NCBI GenBank assembly: GCA_948891265.1
Contig: CAQUBD010000003.1
Location: forward strand, 9,789 to 73,788
Direction: 5' to 3'
DNA from: an uncultured Clostridia bacterium
GTDB taxonomy: Bacteria > Bacillota > Clostridia > TANB77 > CAG-508
DNA length: 64,000 nucleotides
Part shown: positions 25,689 through 36,181 of the stretch, in pieces
How positions within the stretch are numbered: the stretch's first letter is position 1
Layout: every line of letters starts with the position of its first letter
Translations under genes and position numbers: made by a program
Notes under the pieces: model-generated
What the model was told of the DNA's origin: nothing
What the model saw: the letters and a program-made list of their open reading frames with translations, nothing else
The model's database searches: none

Positions 25689-26252
25689 ATGAAATATTAT
25701 AAAAAATTAGTAGGAGAAAGAATATATTTATCACCAATAAGTATAGAAGATGCAGAAAAATATGTAGAATGGCTTTCAGATTTTAAAGTGACAGATGGAC
25801 TAGGTAGAAGTAGTAACTTGATGACAATAGAAGATGAAAAAGTATGGATTACTAACGAATCAAAAGGTAATGATTTAAACTTTGCAATTGTAAATTTAGA
25901 AAATGATAAGTTAATTGGAAATTGTAGTTTAATGAACATTAGTTATAAAAATAGGATAGCTGAAGTAGGACTTTTTATAGGAGATGAAAGTAATAGAAAT
26001 AATGGATATGGAGCAGAAACATTAAGATTATTATTAGACTTTGGTTTTAATTACTTAAACTTAAATAATATAATGTTAGGAGTAAAATCATTTAATGAAA
26101 GAGCGATAGCATGTTATAAAAAAGTAGGTTTCAAAGAATTTGGAAGAAGAAGAGAAAGCTATTTCTTAAATGGAAAATATTATGATGATATACAAATGGA
26201 TATTTTAGCAAGAGAATTTACAGAAAGTTATATAAAAAATAAAAATATATAA
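25689..26252 (+). CDS. GNAT family N-acetyltransferase (RimJ/RimL-like)
   Basis: GNAT fold motifs (GYGAETLRLLLDFGF), about 187 aa. Confidence 0.7.
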   Translation: MKYYKKLVGERIYLSPISIEDAEKYVEWLSDFKVTDGLGRSSNLMTIEDEKVWITNESKGNDLNFAIVNLENDKLIGNCSLMNISYKNRIAEVGLFIGDESNRNNGYGAETLRLLLDFGFNYLNLNNIMLGVKSFNERAIACYKKVGFKEFGRRRESYFLNGKYYDDIQMDILAREFTESYIKNKNI

Positions 26253-26289
26253 TACATTTTACAAAAAGTGTGTTATACTAATAACAAAT

Positions 26290-26530
26290 TAAATTTAGTT
26301 ATGATTTAAAAAGAAAATTAATAGTAATTTATAGTTACAAAATTAAGAGAGATAGTGGTAGGTGAAAACTATTAGAATATAAAATTACGAATTACAATTC
26401 TTATAGTAACTAACGAGTGGCTACGAATAAGCTATAATGAGGTAATATAAAGTTTTATATTATGAATAAAGGTGGTAACACGAGTCAAATCGTCCTTTAA
26501 AAAGGATTGATTTGACTCTTTTAATTTTTA
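26290..26530 (+). promoter_or_regulatory. T-box riboswitch leader with a Tyr (UAC) specifier, upstream of tyrS
   Basis: T-box sequence aataaaggtggtaacacgag (~26465-26484). Terminator gagtcaaatc...gatttgactc + ttttaattttt (26481-26530). Candidate specifier ggCUACgaa (~26419-26423). Confidence 0.7.
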
Positions 26531-26615
26531 AAAGATAATATTAGATGAATGGTTTGTAAAATAAGAAATTTTCAATTTCTTATTTTATGATGAACGAAGT
26601 GAAAGGAGAAAAATT

Positions 26616-27779
26616 ATGAAGGAATTAGAATTAATTAAAAGAAAATCTGTACAGATATTTTCAGAGGAAGAATTAGAAAGAAAATTAAAAAGTGGAAAAA
26701 AATTAGTAATAAAATTTGGAGCAGATCCTAGCAGACCTGATTTACACTTAGGACATACAGTACCATTAAGAGTCTTAAAAACTTTTCAAGATTTAGGACA
26801 TGAAGTAGTTTTTGTAATTGGAGATTTTACAGCAATGATTGGAGATCCAACAGGAAAGAGTAAAACAAGACCAGCATTAACATTTGAAGAAACAAGAAAA
26901 TCAGCAGAAACATATTTAAAACAAGTTACAAAAATTTTAGATAAAGATAAAACAAGAATTGAATATAATTCAGAATGGTTATCTAAAATGAATTTTGAAG
27001 ATATAATAAAATTAACAAGTAAATACACTGTAGCAAGAATACTAGAAAGAGATGACTTTAAAAATAGATTTGAAAATAATTTGCCACTTTCAATGCATGA
27101 ATTATTATATCCACTTATGCAAGGATATGATTCAATAGCATTAAATGCAGATATAGAAATAGGAGGAACAGACCAAACATTCAATTTGTTAGTAGGAAGA
27201 GAATTACAAAAAGATTATAAACAAGAGGCTCAAGTTGTTATTACTTTTCCATTATTAGTTGGATTAGATGGAAAAGAAAAAATGAGTAAGTCTTTAGATA
27301 ATTATATTGGAATAGATGAATCGCCTGAAAAGATGTATGAAAAAGCAATGAAAATTCCAGATGAAGTTCTAATAGAATATTTTAAATTAACAACTGATAT
27401 TGATATAGAAATAGCTAAAAAATGGATAGATGAAGATGTTGTTGAAACACATAAAAAATATGCAAAAGAAATAATCAAAATGTATCATGGAGAGGAATTT
27501 ATTACACAAGCTGAAGAAAAATATAAGACAGTTGCAAATGGTAGAATTCCTAGTGATATAGAAAGCATAAGCTTAAGTAATGATATTCAAGAAATATCAA
27601 TATGTGATTTATTAGTAAAAACAGAATTTGCGAAATCAAGAGGAGAAGCCAAAAGAATGATACAGGGAAAAGGTGTTAAAATAAATAGTGTATTAATTGA
27701 AGATATTAATAGTAGTATAAAATTAGATGAAGAGCTTGTATTACAGTTTGGAAAAAATAAATTTATAAAAGTAAAGTAG
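26616..27779 (+). CDS. tyrS: Tyrosine--tRNA ligase
   Basis: [13 protein letters not shown] (HIGH), KMSKS, a C-terminal S4-like domain, and a Tyr T-box upstream. Confidence 0.85.
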   Translation: MKELELIKRKSVQIFSEEELERKLKSGKKLVIKFGADPSRPDLHLGHTVPLRVLKTFQDLGHEVVFVIGDFTAMIGDPTGKSKTRPALTFEETRKSAETYLKQVTKILDKDKTRIEYNSEWLSKMNFEDIIKLTSKYTVARILERDDFKNRFENNLPLSMHELLYPLMQGYDSIALNADIEIGGTDQTFNLLVGRELQKDYKQEAQVVITFPLLVGLDGKEKMSKSLDNYIGIDESPEKMYEKAMKIPDEVLIEYFKLTTDIDIEIAKKWIDEDVVETHKKYAKEIIKMYHGEEFITQAEEKYKTVANGRIPSDIESISLSNDIQEISICDLLVKTEFAKSRGEAKRMIQGKGVKINSVLIEDINSSIKLDEELVLQFGKNKFIKVK

Positions 27780-27878
27780 ATAGTGAAATATTAAAAAATT
27801 CAGATATTGCAAATTATGTAAAATTAATGTATAATAATTAAACTGGAAATTACCAAAAAAATCAAGGAGGTAACGGAT

Positions 27879-28892
27879 ATGTATGAATATGCACCGTGGT
27901 CAAAGAAAGTTTTAGAACGGATACTAGAAATTTCTTCAACAACATTGCCAATTTTAGATGTTCAGTTAGGAGGAGCATGTAATCTAAACTGCATTTACTG
28001 TGATACACCAAAGTATCATTCACCATGTTCATTAGATATAAATTCACTTGAACGAATTATCAAAAATGGTAATATTGAGTGGGTATATACCTGTGGATTA
28101 GGAGAGCCAACAGCATCTGGAAATATGGGAACTTTTAAACAGATATTGGATATTTGTAAGAAAAATGGAGCAAAGGTTTCAGTGTTTAGTAACATCGTTA
28201 ATTTAGATGATGAGTTATTAAGTTATATTGAAGGAGGTACATTAAGTGTGCTGTTCAAGCTTGATAGCTTTGATAAAGAAAAAATGGCTTATTTATATGG
28301 GCGAGATAAAGGACAAATTATCTTACGAAATTATCAAAGATTATTAGAAGTTACAAAACTAAGCGATGGAACTACTAACTTAGGGGCTTCTATTGTACCA
28401 ACAAAGATTAATTATGAAGAGGTATATCAGATTATTGATTTTTGTATGGAAAATGGAATATTTCCTTTGTTAGGTCAACTTGAAAATGCTGGGAGATGTT
28501 CAAAAATTTTTGAAAAAATGGAACTGAAACAAGAAGAATTATTGAATTTAAGAAGTTACATTAATCAAAAATATGAACTGACATACCAAATTCCTATATG
28601 TCCTGCAACTATTTCTGCAATGCATATAACAAATCAAAATGATGTTATTGTAGATAAGAAAACAGGATTGTCATGCGCATGGTTTTGGTTAGGAGATCCT
28701 GAAATGATTACACTTGGCAATATCAAAGAGATGCCTGCAGATATGATAACTAAAAAAATTATTGACTATCGAAAATCTAGATTCAAAGATGTTGTTGATA
28801 TTGCAAAGACATTAAAACCACATCCATTTGGTGGATGTGGAGGAGATGCAAAAACTTTACTTAATCAGTATATCAGCATTGCAAAATACTGA
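27879..28892 (+). CDS. Radical SAM domain protein, function unknown
   Basis: LGGACNLNCIYCDT (Cx3Cx2C) and GLGEPTA SAM-binding motif. Confidence 0.7.
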   Translation: MYEYAPWSKKVLERILEISSTTLPILDVQLGGACNLNCIYCDTPKYHSPCSLDINSLERIIKNGNIEWVYTCGLGEPTASGNMGTFKQILDICKKNGAKVSVFSNIVNLDDELLSYIEGGTLSVLFKLDSFDKEKMAYLYGRDKGQIILRNYQRLLEVTKLSDGTTNLGASIVPTKINYEEVYQIIDFCMENGIFPLLGQLENAGRCSKIFEKMELKQEELLNLRSYINQKYELTYQIPICPATISAMHITNQNDVIVDKKTGLSCAWFWLGDPEMITLGNIKEMPADMITKKIIDYRKSRFKDVVDIAKTLKPHPFGGCGGDAKTLLNQYISIAKY

Positions 28893-28920
28893 AAAATGTT
28901 AAAATTAAAATTGTTTAAAT

Positions 28921-28952
28921 AGAGGTGTGAATGATTTCATTCACACCTTATT
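28921..28952 (+). terminator. Hairpin terminator candidate
   Basis: aggtgtgaatga-tt-tcattcacacct, a 12-bp perfect stem with a weak U-tract. Confidence 0.4.
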
Positions 28953-29050
28953 AACGGTATGGCTAAATCAGAGAATTTATATATTAAGTTCGTATTGTAA
29001 AAAATGTAAACTTATGATAACATTATGATACAAAGAAGAGGAGAGAAAAG

Positions 29051-29782
29051 ATGGAAAAAGTTGTATTAGTAACTGGAAGCAGTAAAGGAATTGGAAAAGC
29101 AACAGCTATTGAATTTGCTAAAAAAGGATATAAAGTAATAATAAATTATTTAACAGATAAAGAAAATGCAGAAAAATTATCAGATTATCTAGAACAAGAA
29201 TATAAAGTAGAAACATTACTTATTAAAGCTGATGTATCAGATGAAATGCAAGTAAAAAATATGATAAAAGAAGTTATAGATAAATATGGAAAAATAGATG
29301 TACTAGTAAATAATGCAGGAATAGCGATAGATAAGGAATTTGAAGATAGAACTATAGAAGATTGGAAAAGAACATTAGAAGTAAATACAATAGGAACTTT
29401 TTTAGTATCTAAATATGTAAGCGAATACATGATAAAAAATAAGAATGGAAAAATAATAAATGTATCTTCAACAAATGGAATAAATACATTTTTTCCATCA
29501 AGCATAGATTATGATGCATCAAAGGCAGCAATTAACAATTTAACATATAATTTAGCAATACAATTCGCACCATATATAAATGTAAATGCTGTTGCACCTG
29601 GTTGGGTAAATACGGATATGAATAAAGAATTGCCAAAAGAATTAGTAGAAGAAGAGACTGAAAAAATATATAAGAAAAGATTTGCAGAACCAGAAGAAAT
29701 AGCAAAAGTAATAGTATTTTTAGCATCTGAAGATGCAAGTTATATAAATGGAACAGTTATAAAAGTAGATGGAGGAATGTAA
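29051..29782 (+). CDS. SDR family oxidoreductase (FabG-like 3-oxoacyl-ACP reductase)
   Basis: VLVTGSSKGIGKATA, NNAG, and Y-x3-K (YDASKAA). Confidence 0.8.
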   Translation: MEKVVLVTGSSKGIGKATAIEFAKKGYKVIINYLTDKENAEKLSDYLEQEYKVETLLIKADVSDEMQVKNMIKEVIDKYGKIDVLVNNAGIAIDKEFEDRTIEDWKRTLEVNTIGTFLVSKYVSEYMIKNKNGKIINVSSTNGINTFFPSSIDYDASKAAINNLTYNLAIQFAPYINVNAVAPGWVNTDMNKELPKELVEEETEKIYKKRFAEPEEIAKVIVFLASEDASYINGTVIKVDGGM

Positions 29783-29788
29783 ATAAAG

Positions 29789-30712
29789 ATGTTATTAGAA
29801 TATTATTTAGACAAATTAAATGTAAAAAATAAACCTGAGTTTATTGAAAAGTATTTAAAAACACCATCTTTATTAAGACTAAAAAAAGTTGGATATTTTT
29901 GTGGAATGGATTATGCATCAAAAAATATATATAATTTTAAAGAATATATTACGAGGTACGACCACTCATTAACAGTTGCACTATTAACATGGAAATTTAC
30001 ACAAAATGAAAAGATGACACTTGCAGGATTATTTCATGATATTGCAACTCCATGTTTTTCACATGTAATAGATTATATGAATAAGGATTATGAAAATCAA
30101 GAAAGTACAGAAGAGTATACCGAAAATATATTAAAAAATGATAAATACTTAATAAAATGTTTAAAACAAGATAATATTCAAATAGAAGATATAACTAATT
30201 TTAAGAAATATAGTATTGTAGATAATGATAGACCTAAAGTATGTGCAGACAGAATAGATGGAGTAATACTTACTGGAATATCTTGGACTAAAAATGTAGA
30301 ATATGGGGATATAGATAAAATCATAGATGATATTGAAATATATACTAATGAAGATAATTTAGATGAAATAGGATTTAAAACAGCAGAAGTTGCTAAGTTG
30401 GTATTAGATATTAGTAAAAGTATTGATATTTATTGTCATTCTAAAGAAGATAACTATATGATGGAATTATTAGCAGAAATAACAAGATGTGCAATAAATA
30501 ATAAAATAATAAAATATGATGATTTGTATCTATTTGACGAAGAAAAAATGATGCAAAAGTTAAAAAAATGCAATAATAAAGTCATAGAAGAAAATATAAA
30601 AAAATTTGAGACAATTACTAAAGAAGAAATACCAGATATCAAATTACAAAATGTAAAAATAAGAAAGTTGAATCCGATTGTAAATGGAAAGAGATATAGT
30701 GTTATCAAATAA
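29789..30712 (+). CDS. HD domain phosphohydrolase
   Basis: HSLTVALL...LFHDIATPCFSH contains the HD motif. Confidence 0.6.
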   Translation: MLLEYYLDKLNVKNKPEFIEKYLKTPSLLRLKKVGYFCGMDYASKNIYNFKEYITRYDHSLTVALLTWKFTQNEKMTLAGLFHDIATPCFSHVIDYMNKDYENQESTEEYTENILKNDKYLIKCLKQDNIQIEDITNFKKYSIVDNDRPKVCADRIDGVILTGISWTKNVEYGDIDKIIDDIEIYTNEDNLDEIGFKTAEVAKLVLDISKSIDIYCHSKEDNYMMELLAEITRCAINNKIIKYDDLYLFDEEKMMQKLKKCNNKVIEENIKKFETITKEEIPDIKLQNVKIRKLNPIVNGKRYSVIK

Positions 30713-30789
30713 CAATGATATAGTGACTAGACAATTATAAAAATTAAAATAACACTAGACAAAGTTAAAATTAAGATGTATAATAATAG

Positions 30790-31061
30790 CATAATAAATA
30801 AAAACAAAGAAAAAGAGGAGTACATTTAAACACTGATTTAAAGAGAATAGAAGCCAAAGGCTGGAAGCTTCTAAAATTAAGATAAATGGAAGTAACTTTA
30901 GAGTTGGTAATATGAAAATAAACTTAAGATTATCCGTATAAGCTGCGTTAAAGCTAAATTAAGATGTTATCTAAAAATACAAAAAATAGATAATAATTAA
31001 GGTGGTACCGTGAGATATTAGCTCGCCCTTATAGAAATATAAGGACGAGTTTGTTGTTTTT
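30790..31061 (+). promoter_or_regulatory. T-box riboswitch leader upstream of valS
   Basis: Canonical T-box aattaaggtggtaccgtgag (30996-31015) and terminator gctcgcccttata...tataaggacgag + uuuguuguuuuu (31021-31061). Confidence 0.75.
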
Positions 31062-31095
31062 AAAACAACCTATGGTACAAAGTTGTGAAAGATAT

Positions 31096-31182
31096 GTCCC
31101 CAATGGGACAAAAATTAAGATAGCTGTTTGAGCAAAGCGAATTACAGATATCTTATGCAAAAGGAAACGTCCCCAATGGGAC
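31096..31182. repeat. Two copies of the palindromic element GTCCCCAATGGGAC (31096-31109, 31169-31182) flanking a 12-bp inverted repeat, in the valS leader
   Basis: Seen directly. The internal inverted repeat is taagatagctgt / acagatatctta. Confidence 0.55.
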
Positions 31183-31291
31183 AAACATGCATATGAATTA
31201 CCAAAAGAAACAAAGTTAACAGAAAAACAAAAAGGAAAGAATGGAGTTTTAGGGACTTCTAAATTAGAAAAAACAGAAGGAGATTTAGAAA

Positions 31292-33970
31292 ATGACAGAT
31301 AATAAATTAAGTGGAAAATATAATCCACAAGAATTTGAAGAAAAACTATATCAAGAATGGGAGAAAAAAGGCTACTTTAAGCCAAGCATGGACAAAACAA
31401 AAGAAAGCTATTGTATAATGATGCCTCCACCAAATGTAACAGGAAAGCTACACATGGGACATGCATTAGATGATACAATACAAGATATTTTAATAAGATT
31501 TAAAAGAATGCAAGGATATAACACATTATGGCTTCCAGGTTCAGACCATGCAGCAATAGCAACAGAAGTAAAAGTTGTTGCTAAAATGAAAGAAGATGAA
31601 GGGCTTACTAAGGCTGATATTACAAGAGAGCAATTTTTAGAAAGAGCATGGGCATGGACTAAAGAGTATGGTGGAACAATACAAAAACAACAAAAAAGGC
31701 TAGGATGTTCTTGCGACTGGGATAGAAACAGATTTACTATGGATGAAGGTTTGTCTGAAGCTGTTTTAGAGCAATTTATAAATTTATATAATAAAGGTTT
31801 AATTTATAAAGGCAAAAAAATGATAAACTGGTGTCCATCATGTCATACAAGTATATCTGATGCAGAAGTTGAACATGAAGATGAAGCTTCACATCTATGG
31901 CATATTAGATATCAAATAGCAGGTGAGAAGAATAGATATATAATTGTAGCAACAACAAGACCTGAAACAATGCTAGGAGATACAGCAGTTGCAGTACATC
32001 CAGATGATGAAAGATATAAAGATTTAATAGGTAAAAAATGTATTTTACCTATAATGAATAAAGAAATTCCAATTATTGCTGATGAATTTGTTGAAAAAGA
32101 ATTTGGAACAGGTTGTGTTAAGATTACACCTGCACATGATCCAAATGATTATGAAGCAGGATTACGTCATAACTTAGAGATTATTGAAGTTTTTGATGAT
32201 AGTTCTATAATGGGAGATTTAGTTCCTGAATATAAAGGAATGAAAGCAATAGATGCAAGAAAGCCAATTGTAGATAAGTTACAAGAATTAGGGAATTTAG
32301 TCAAAATTGAAGATTATGCACATAATGTTGGAAAATGTTATAGATGTCATAATACAATTGAACCTAGAATTTCTGAACAATGGTTTATAAGTATGAAAGA
32401 CTTAGCTAAAAGAGCTGCTGATAGTGTTAGAAATAATGAAGTTAGATTTGTTCCAAAAAGATATGAAAAAATGTATTTTAACTGGTTGGATAATATTCAG
32501 GATTGGTGTATATCAAGACAATTATGGTGGGGGCATAGAATTCCAGTATATTATTGTGATGAATGTGGACACATGAATGTTGCAAAAGCAATGCCAGAAA
32601 AATGCGAAAAATGTGGTTCAAGTAAATTACATCAAGATGAGGACTCATTAGATACATGGTTCAGCTCAGCATTATGGCCATTCTCAACACTTGGTTGGCC
32701 AAATGAAGAAAATGAAGATTATAAAACATTTTATCCAACAAATGTATTAGTTACAGGATATGACATTATAACATTTTGGATATCAAGAATGATGACACAA
32801 GGACTAGAACTAACAAACCAAAATCCATTTAAAGATGTTGTAGTACATGGAATAGTACGTGATAGTCAAGGAAGAAAAATGTCAAAATCATTAGGAAATG
32901 GAATTGACCCAATTGAGATAATAGATCAATATGGGGCAGACGCATTAAGATTTTCAGTACTATCTGGAACAACAATGGGAAATGATATAAGATACATGCC
33001 AGAAAAACTAGAACAAGCGTCAAACTTTGCAAATAAAATTTGGAATGCTGCTAAATTTGTAATAAGCAATTCAGCTGATGAAGAAAAAGTGAGAGAATTT
33101 TGTTATGAAGCATTTGAAAAAACAAAATCATATAATCCAGAATGCTTTAGATTAGAAGACAAATGGATTTTAAATAAATTTGATAAGCTAGTAGTAGATA
33201 TTACTAAAAACTTAGACAATTATGATTTAGGAATTGCACTTGACAATATATATAACTTCATTTGGAATGAATTTTGTGATTGGTATATTGAAATGGTTAA
33301 AACTAGAATATATAGTGATGACGAAAATGTAAGAGTACCAGTAACAGATGTGTTAAATCATATTTTAGCATCTTCACTTAAATTATTACACCCATTTATG
33401 CCATTTCTTACAGCTGAGATTTACAAAAATCTTATAGTATTTGGTACAGAAGATTTAATAGTTGCAAAATGGCCAGATATTAGAAATGAATTTGTTTTTG
33501 ACAAAGAGGAAGAAATAGTAGAAAAAATAAAACAAATAATAGTAGAAATTAGAAATGTAAGAGCAAATATGAATATACATCCATCTAAAAAATCAGAATT
33601 AATATTTGTTACAGAAAAATATGAAAAAGAGATTTTAGAAGCACAAGAATTAATGGCGAAATTAGGATTTGGAACATCTCTAAAAGTTCAAAAAGATAAA
33701 ACAGGAATACCAGAAAATGCAATAAGTATAATGCAAGATGGAATTGAATTATATATGCCATTAGAGGATTTAGTTGATATGGAAGAGGAAAGAAAAAGAT
33801 TACAAGATGAAAAAACTAAGTTAGAAGCGGAAGTTGCAAGATGTGAAAAAATGCTTTCTAATCCTGGATTTGTTAATAAAGCACCTGAGAAGAAAATTCA
33901 AGAAGAAAAGGATAAATTAGAAAAATATAGGGAAATGCTTGCAAAAGTAGTGGAAAGACTTGCAAAATAA
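31292..33970 (+). CDS. valS: Valine--tRNA ligase
   Basis: PPPNVTGKLHMGHAL (HIGH) and KMSKSLGN; 892 aa with a C-terminal coiled coil. Confidence 0.95.
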   Translation: MTDNKLSGKYNPQEFEEKLYQEWEKKGYFKPSMDKTKESYCIMMPPPNVTGKLHMGHALDDTIQDILIRFKRMQGYNTLWLPGSDHAAIATEVKVVAKMKEDEGLTKADITREQFLERAWAWTKEYGGTIQKQQKRLGCSCDWDRNRFTMDEGLSEAVLEQFINLYNKGLIYKGKKMINWCPSCHTSISDAEVEHEDEASHLWHIRYQIAGEKNRYIIVATTRPETMLGDTAVAVHPDDERYKDLIGKKCILPIMNKEIPIIADEFVEKEFGTGCVKITPAHDPNDYEAGLRHNLEIIEVFDDSSIMGDLVPEYKGMKAIDARKPIVDKLQELGNLVKIEDYAHNVGKCYRCHNTIEPRISEQWFISMKDLAKRAADSVRNNEVRFVPKRYEKMYFNWLDNIQDWCISRQLWWGHRIPVYYCDECGHMNVAKAMPEKCEKCGSSKLHQDEDSLDTWFSSALWPFSTLGWPNEENEDYKTFYPTNVLVTGYDIITFWISRMMTQGLELTNQNPFKDVVVHGIVRDSQGRKMSKSLGNGIDPIEIIDQYGADALRFSVLSGTTMGNDIRYMPEKLEQASNFANKIWNAAKFVISNSADEEKVREFCYEAFEKTKSYNPECFRLEDKWILNKFDKLVVDITKNLDNYDLGIALDNIYNFIWNEFCDWYIEMVKTRIYSDDENVRVPVTDVLNHILASSLKLLHPFMPFLTAEIYKNLIVFGTEDLIVAKWPDIRNEFVFDKEEEIVEKIKQIIVEIRNVRANMNIHPSKKSELIFVTEKYEKEILEAQELMAKLGFGTSLKVQKDKTGIPENAISIMQDGIELYMPLEDLVDMEEERKRLQDEKTKLEAEVARCEKMLSNPGFVNKAPEKKIQEEKDKLEKYREMLAKVVERLAK

Positions 33971-34070
33971 TTTTAAATGTGATATTATGTTAATATGAAA
34001 GTGCAGAACTCCGTCGCAACATTGGAGTTACAGAAGTAACTAATAACAATTATATTAAGGAGGTAGCAAG

Positions 34071-34196
34071 ATGGGAAATGCAGGAATTCTTTTAACAGGC
34101 TTTATTGGTGGATGTATAGCGGCATTTATAGCCGATAAAGTAATTGACAAAGTACAGATGTACTTGAAAGAAAAGAAATACTTTAAAAACAACTAA
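34071..34196 (+). CDS. Small hydrophobic peptide (41 aa), type I toxin-like or small membrane protein
   Basis: AAGGAGG RBS; MGNAGILLTGFIGGCIAAFIADKVIDKVQMYLKEKKYFKNN, one TM helix plus a charged tail. Confidence 0.4.
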   Translation: MGNAGILLTGFIGGCIAAFIADKVIDKVQMYLKEKKYFKNN

Positions 34197-34226
34197 AACA
34201 ATAGCTGTATTATAGGAGGAAAAAAT

Positions 34227-34325
34227 ATGAACATTTTGATTGGATATATTTTTGGAGTTACTATAGGAACAGTAGTAGGGAGTACAATAGTTTACTGTGT
34301 TAATAAAGTTATGAATAAGCGCTAA
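34227..34325 (+). CDS. Small hydrophobic peptide (32 aa), paralog of the previous
   Basis: AGGAGG RBS; MNILIGYIFGVTIGTVVGSTIVYCVNKVMNKR. Confidence 0.4.
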   Translation: MNILIGYIFGVTIGTVVGSTIVYCVNKVMNKR

Positions 34326-34335
34326 GTGAAAAAGG

Positions 34336-34383
34336 AAAAGAATCTAATCCAAAAATTTGGATTAGGCTCTTTTCTTTTTTTTT
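34336..34383 (+). terminator. Rho-independent terminator
   Basis: agaatctaatcc...ggattaggctct stem followed by a T-run of about 12. Confidence 0.6.
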
Positions 34384-34429
34384 ATGAAGTGTTAAAATAG
34401 TTTTATAAAATTTATAAAAGGAGAAAATT

Positions 34430-36145
34430 ATGGAAAACATTGATAAAATATACGATTTATTAAATAGTGTAAAAGTTACAGAAAAAAACGAAATGTATAT
34501 AAATGAAATAAAAGACCTATTAGCAACAGAAAATTATTTAGAAGCTCTTTCAAAAATGAGAGAATTAAGAAATAAACAAGATGAAGAAGAACAAGAAGAG
34601 GAAGACATTATAATTGAAGAAGATGAGATAGAAGAAGGAACATATCCGAAACAGTTAAGTAATCAAGAATTAGAAGAGAAATATATAGGGATATTACTAG
34701 AAAATCCAAAATTAATTTCAAAATATTATTTTTTATTTGAAATATGTATGTTTGAAGATCCAGAGATGCTAAATATCTATAAAAGTGTATTATTTAATGA
34801 AGGTTCAAAATATTCATCAGAAAAGGCAAAAAATAGATTTAACTTTTCAAAAGATACAGAGGAAGTATATGCACTAAAAAATGAATTAAGAAAAAGTGTA
34901 AAAGATCAAGATTATAATATAGAAAAAATATTCACTGAATTAAGAAAACTATTTATACTTAGAAAAGCATATATAGAAACACCAGAAGAAAATATTCAAA
35001 ATAAAATAGTTGAAATAACACAATATGAATTGTATGATAAAATGTCATCAGAAGAAGTTGAAAGTACAATAGAACAAGTAAAAATAACACAGAAATTTAG
35101 ACAATCAGTATTAAGTAATGACTTAGTAGATTTTTTACAAAGTGGAGAAAATGAATTAGCAAATGGACTTGCTTACCCATTCCCAGTAATAACAGAAGTA
35201 TTTAAAGGAATAAGAAAAGGAGAAACAATGGCATTTGCAATGCCATCAAACTCAGGAAAAAGTAGGTTAACAACAGATTTAGCAGCATATACAGCATTAG
35301 TACATAAAAAGAAAGTACTAGTAATATCAAATGAAATGTCAGAAGAGAAAATGAAATTATGTTTAATTACTACAATAATTAATAACCCAGAAATTCAAAA
35401 GATACATGGACAAGAAGTATCAGTAACAGAAGGAGAATTACTAGAATTTAAGTTTAGACCAGATAATAAAAAAGACGCTAAATTAGATGAAGAAGGATAT
35501 ATTTTAAAAGAAGAAGGAGAAACACAAAAACAATTTGCAAAAAGATTATCAACAATATCATCTGATTTTAATAAAGTTATAAAAGCAATAGATTGGGCAA
35601 GTAAACAAATAAATAATTCAATATATTTTATAAATATTACAGACCATACAAATGATGAATTAAGAAAAGTTATTATAAACTACTATTATAAAGAACATAT
35701 AGAATATGTATTTTATGATACATTAAAAACAGATACTGATAATATAGGAAATCCAGAAGAAATAAAGAAAACAGCAACAATACTTTCAAACTTAGCACAA
35801 AATTTTAATATTTTTATATGCTCATCATTACAATTATCAGAAAGCAAAACATTACCAATAAATCTAGATGTAAATGATTTAGCAGTAAGTAGAACTGTAA
35901 AAGAAGTTCTAGATACACTTTGCCTTTTTAAACAAATAAGCAGAGATAATTTAGATGAATATGAGTATTCACTAAATGAAGTAGATACAGAATTTTTTGA
36001 TTTGGAAAAGTCAGAAGATCCTGATGTTAGGTATTATGCCTGTGTTATTGATAAAAACAGAGCTGGAGCTAAACCTAAGTTGGTATTTAGATTGAATTTG
36101 GCTTATAATAGTTGGGTTGAACTTGGATATTTGAGATTAAAATAA
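34430..36145 (+). CDS. DnaB-family replicative helicase-like protein (divergent, likely phage/plasmid-derived)
   Basis: RecA-fold P-loop FAMPSNSGKSRLTTDLAAYTA and an ...IDKNRAGAKP region resemble the DnaB C-terminal domain. The acidic N-terminal region is unusual. Confidence 0.6.
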   Translation: MENIDKIYDLLNSVKVTEKNEMYINEIKDLLATENYLEALSKMRELRNKQDEEEQEEEDIIIEEDEIEEGTYPKQLSNQELEEKYIGILLENPKLISKYYFLFEICMFEDPEMLNIYKSVLFNEGSKYSSEKAKNRFNFSKDTEEVYALKNELRKSVKDQDYNIEKIFTELRKLFILRKAYIETPEENIQNKIVEITQYELYDKMSSEEVESTIEQVKITQKFRQSVLSNDLVDFLQSGENELANGLAYPFPVITEVFKGIRKGETMAFAMPSNSGKSRLTTDLAAYTALVHKKKVLVISNEMSEEKMKLCLITTIINNPEIQKIHGQEVSVTEGELLEFKFRPDNKKDAKLDEEGYILKEEGETQKQFAKRLSTISSDFNKVIKAIDWASKQINNSIYFINITDHTNDELRKVIINYYYKEHIEYVFYDTLKTDTDNIGNPEEIKKTATILSNLAQNFNIFICSSLQLSESKTLPINLDVNDLAVSRTVKEVLDTLCLFKQISRDNLDEYEYSLNEVDTEFFDLEKSEDPDVRYYACVIDKNRAGAKPKLVFRLNLAYNSWVELGYLRLK

Positions 36146-36181
36146 TGTGCCAAAGGGGGCGTCCCTTTTTGGCACATTTTA
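36142..36181. terminator. Bidirectional terminator / inverted repeat between convergent genes
   Basis: aatgtgccaaa-gggggcgtccc-tttttggcacatt. Confidence 0.5.
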
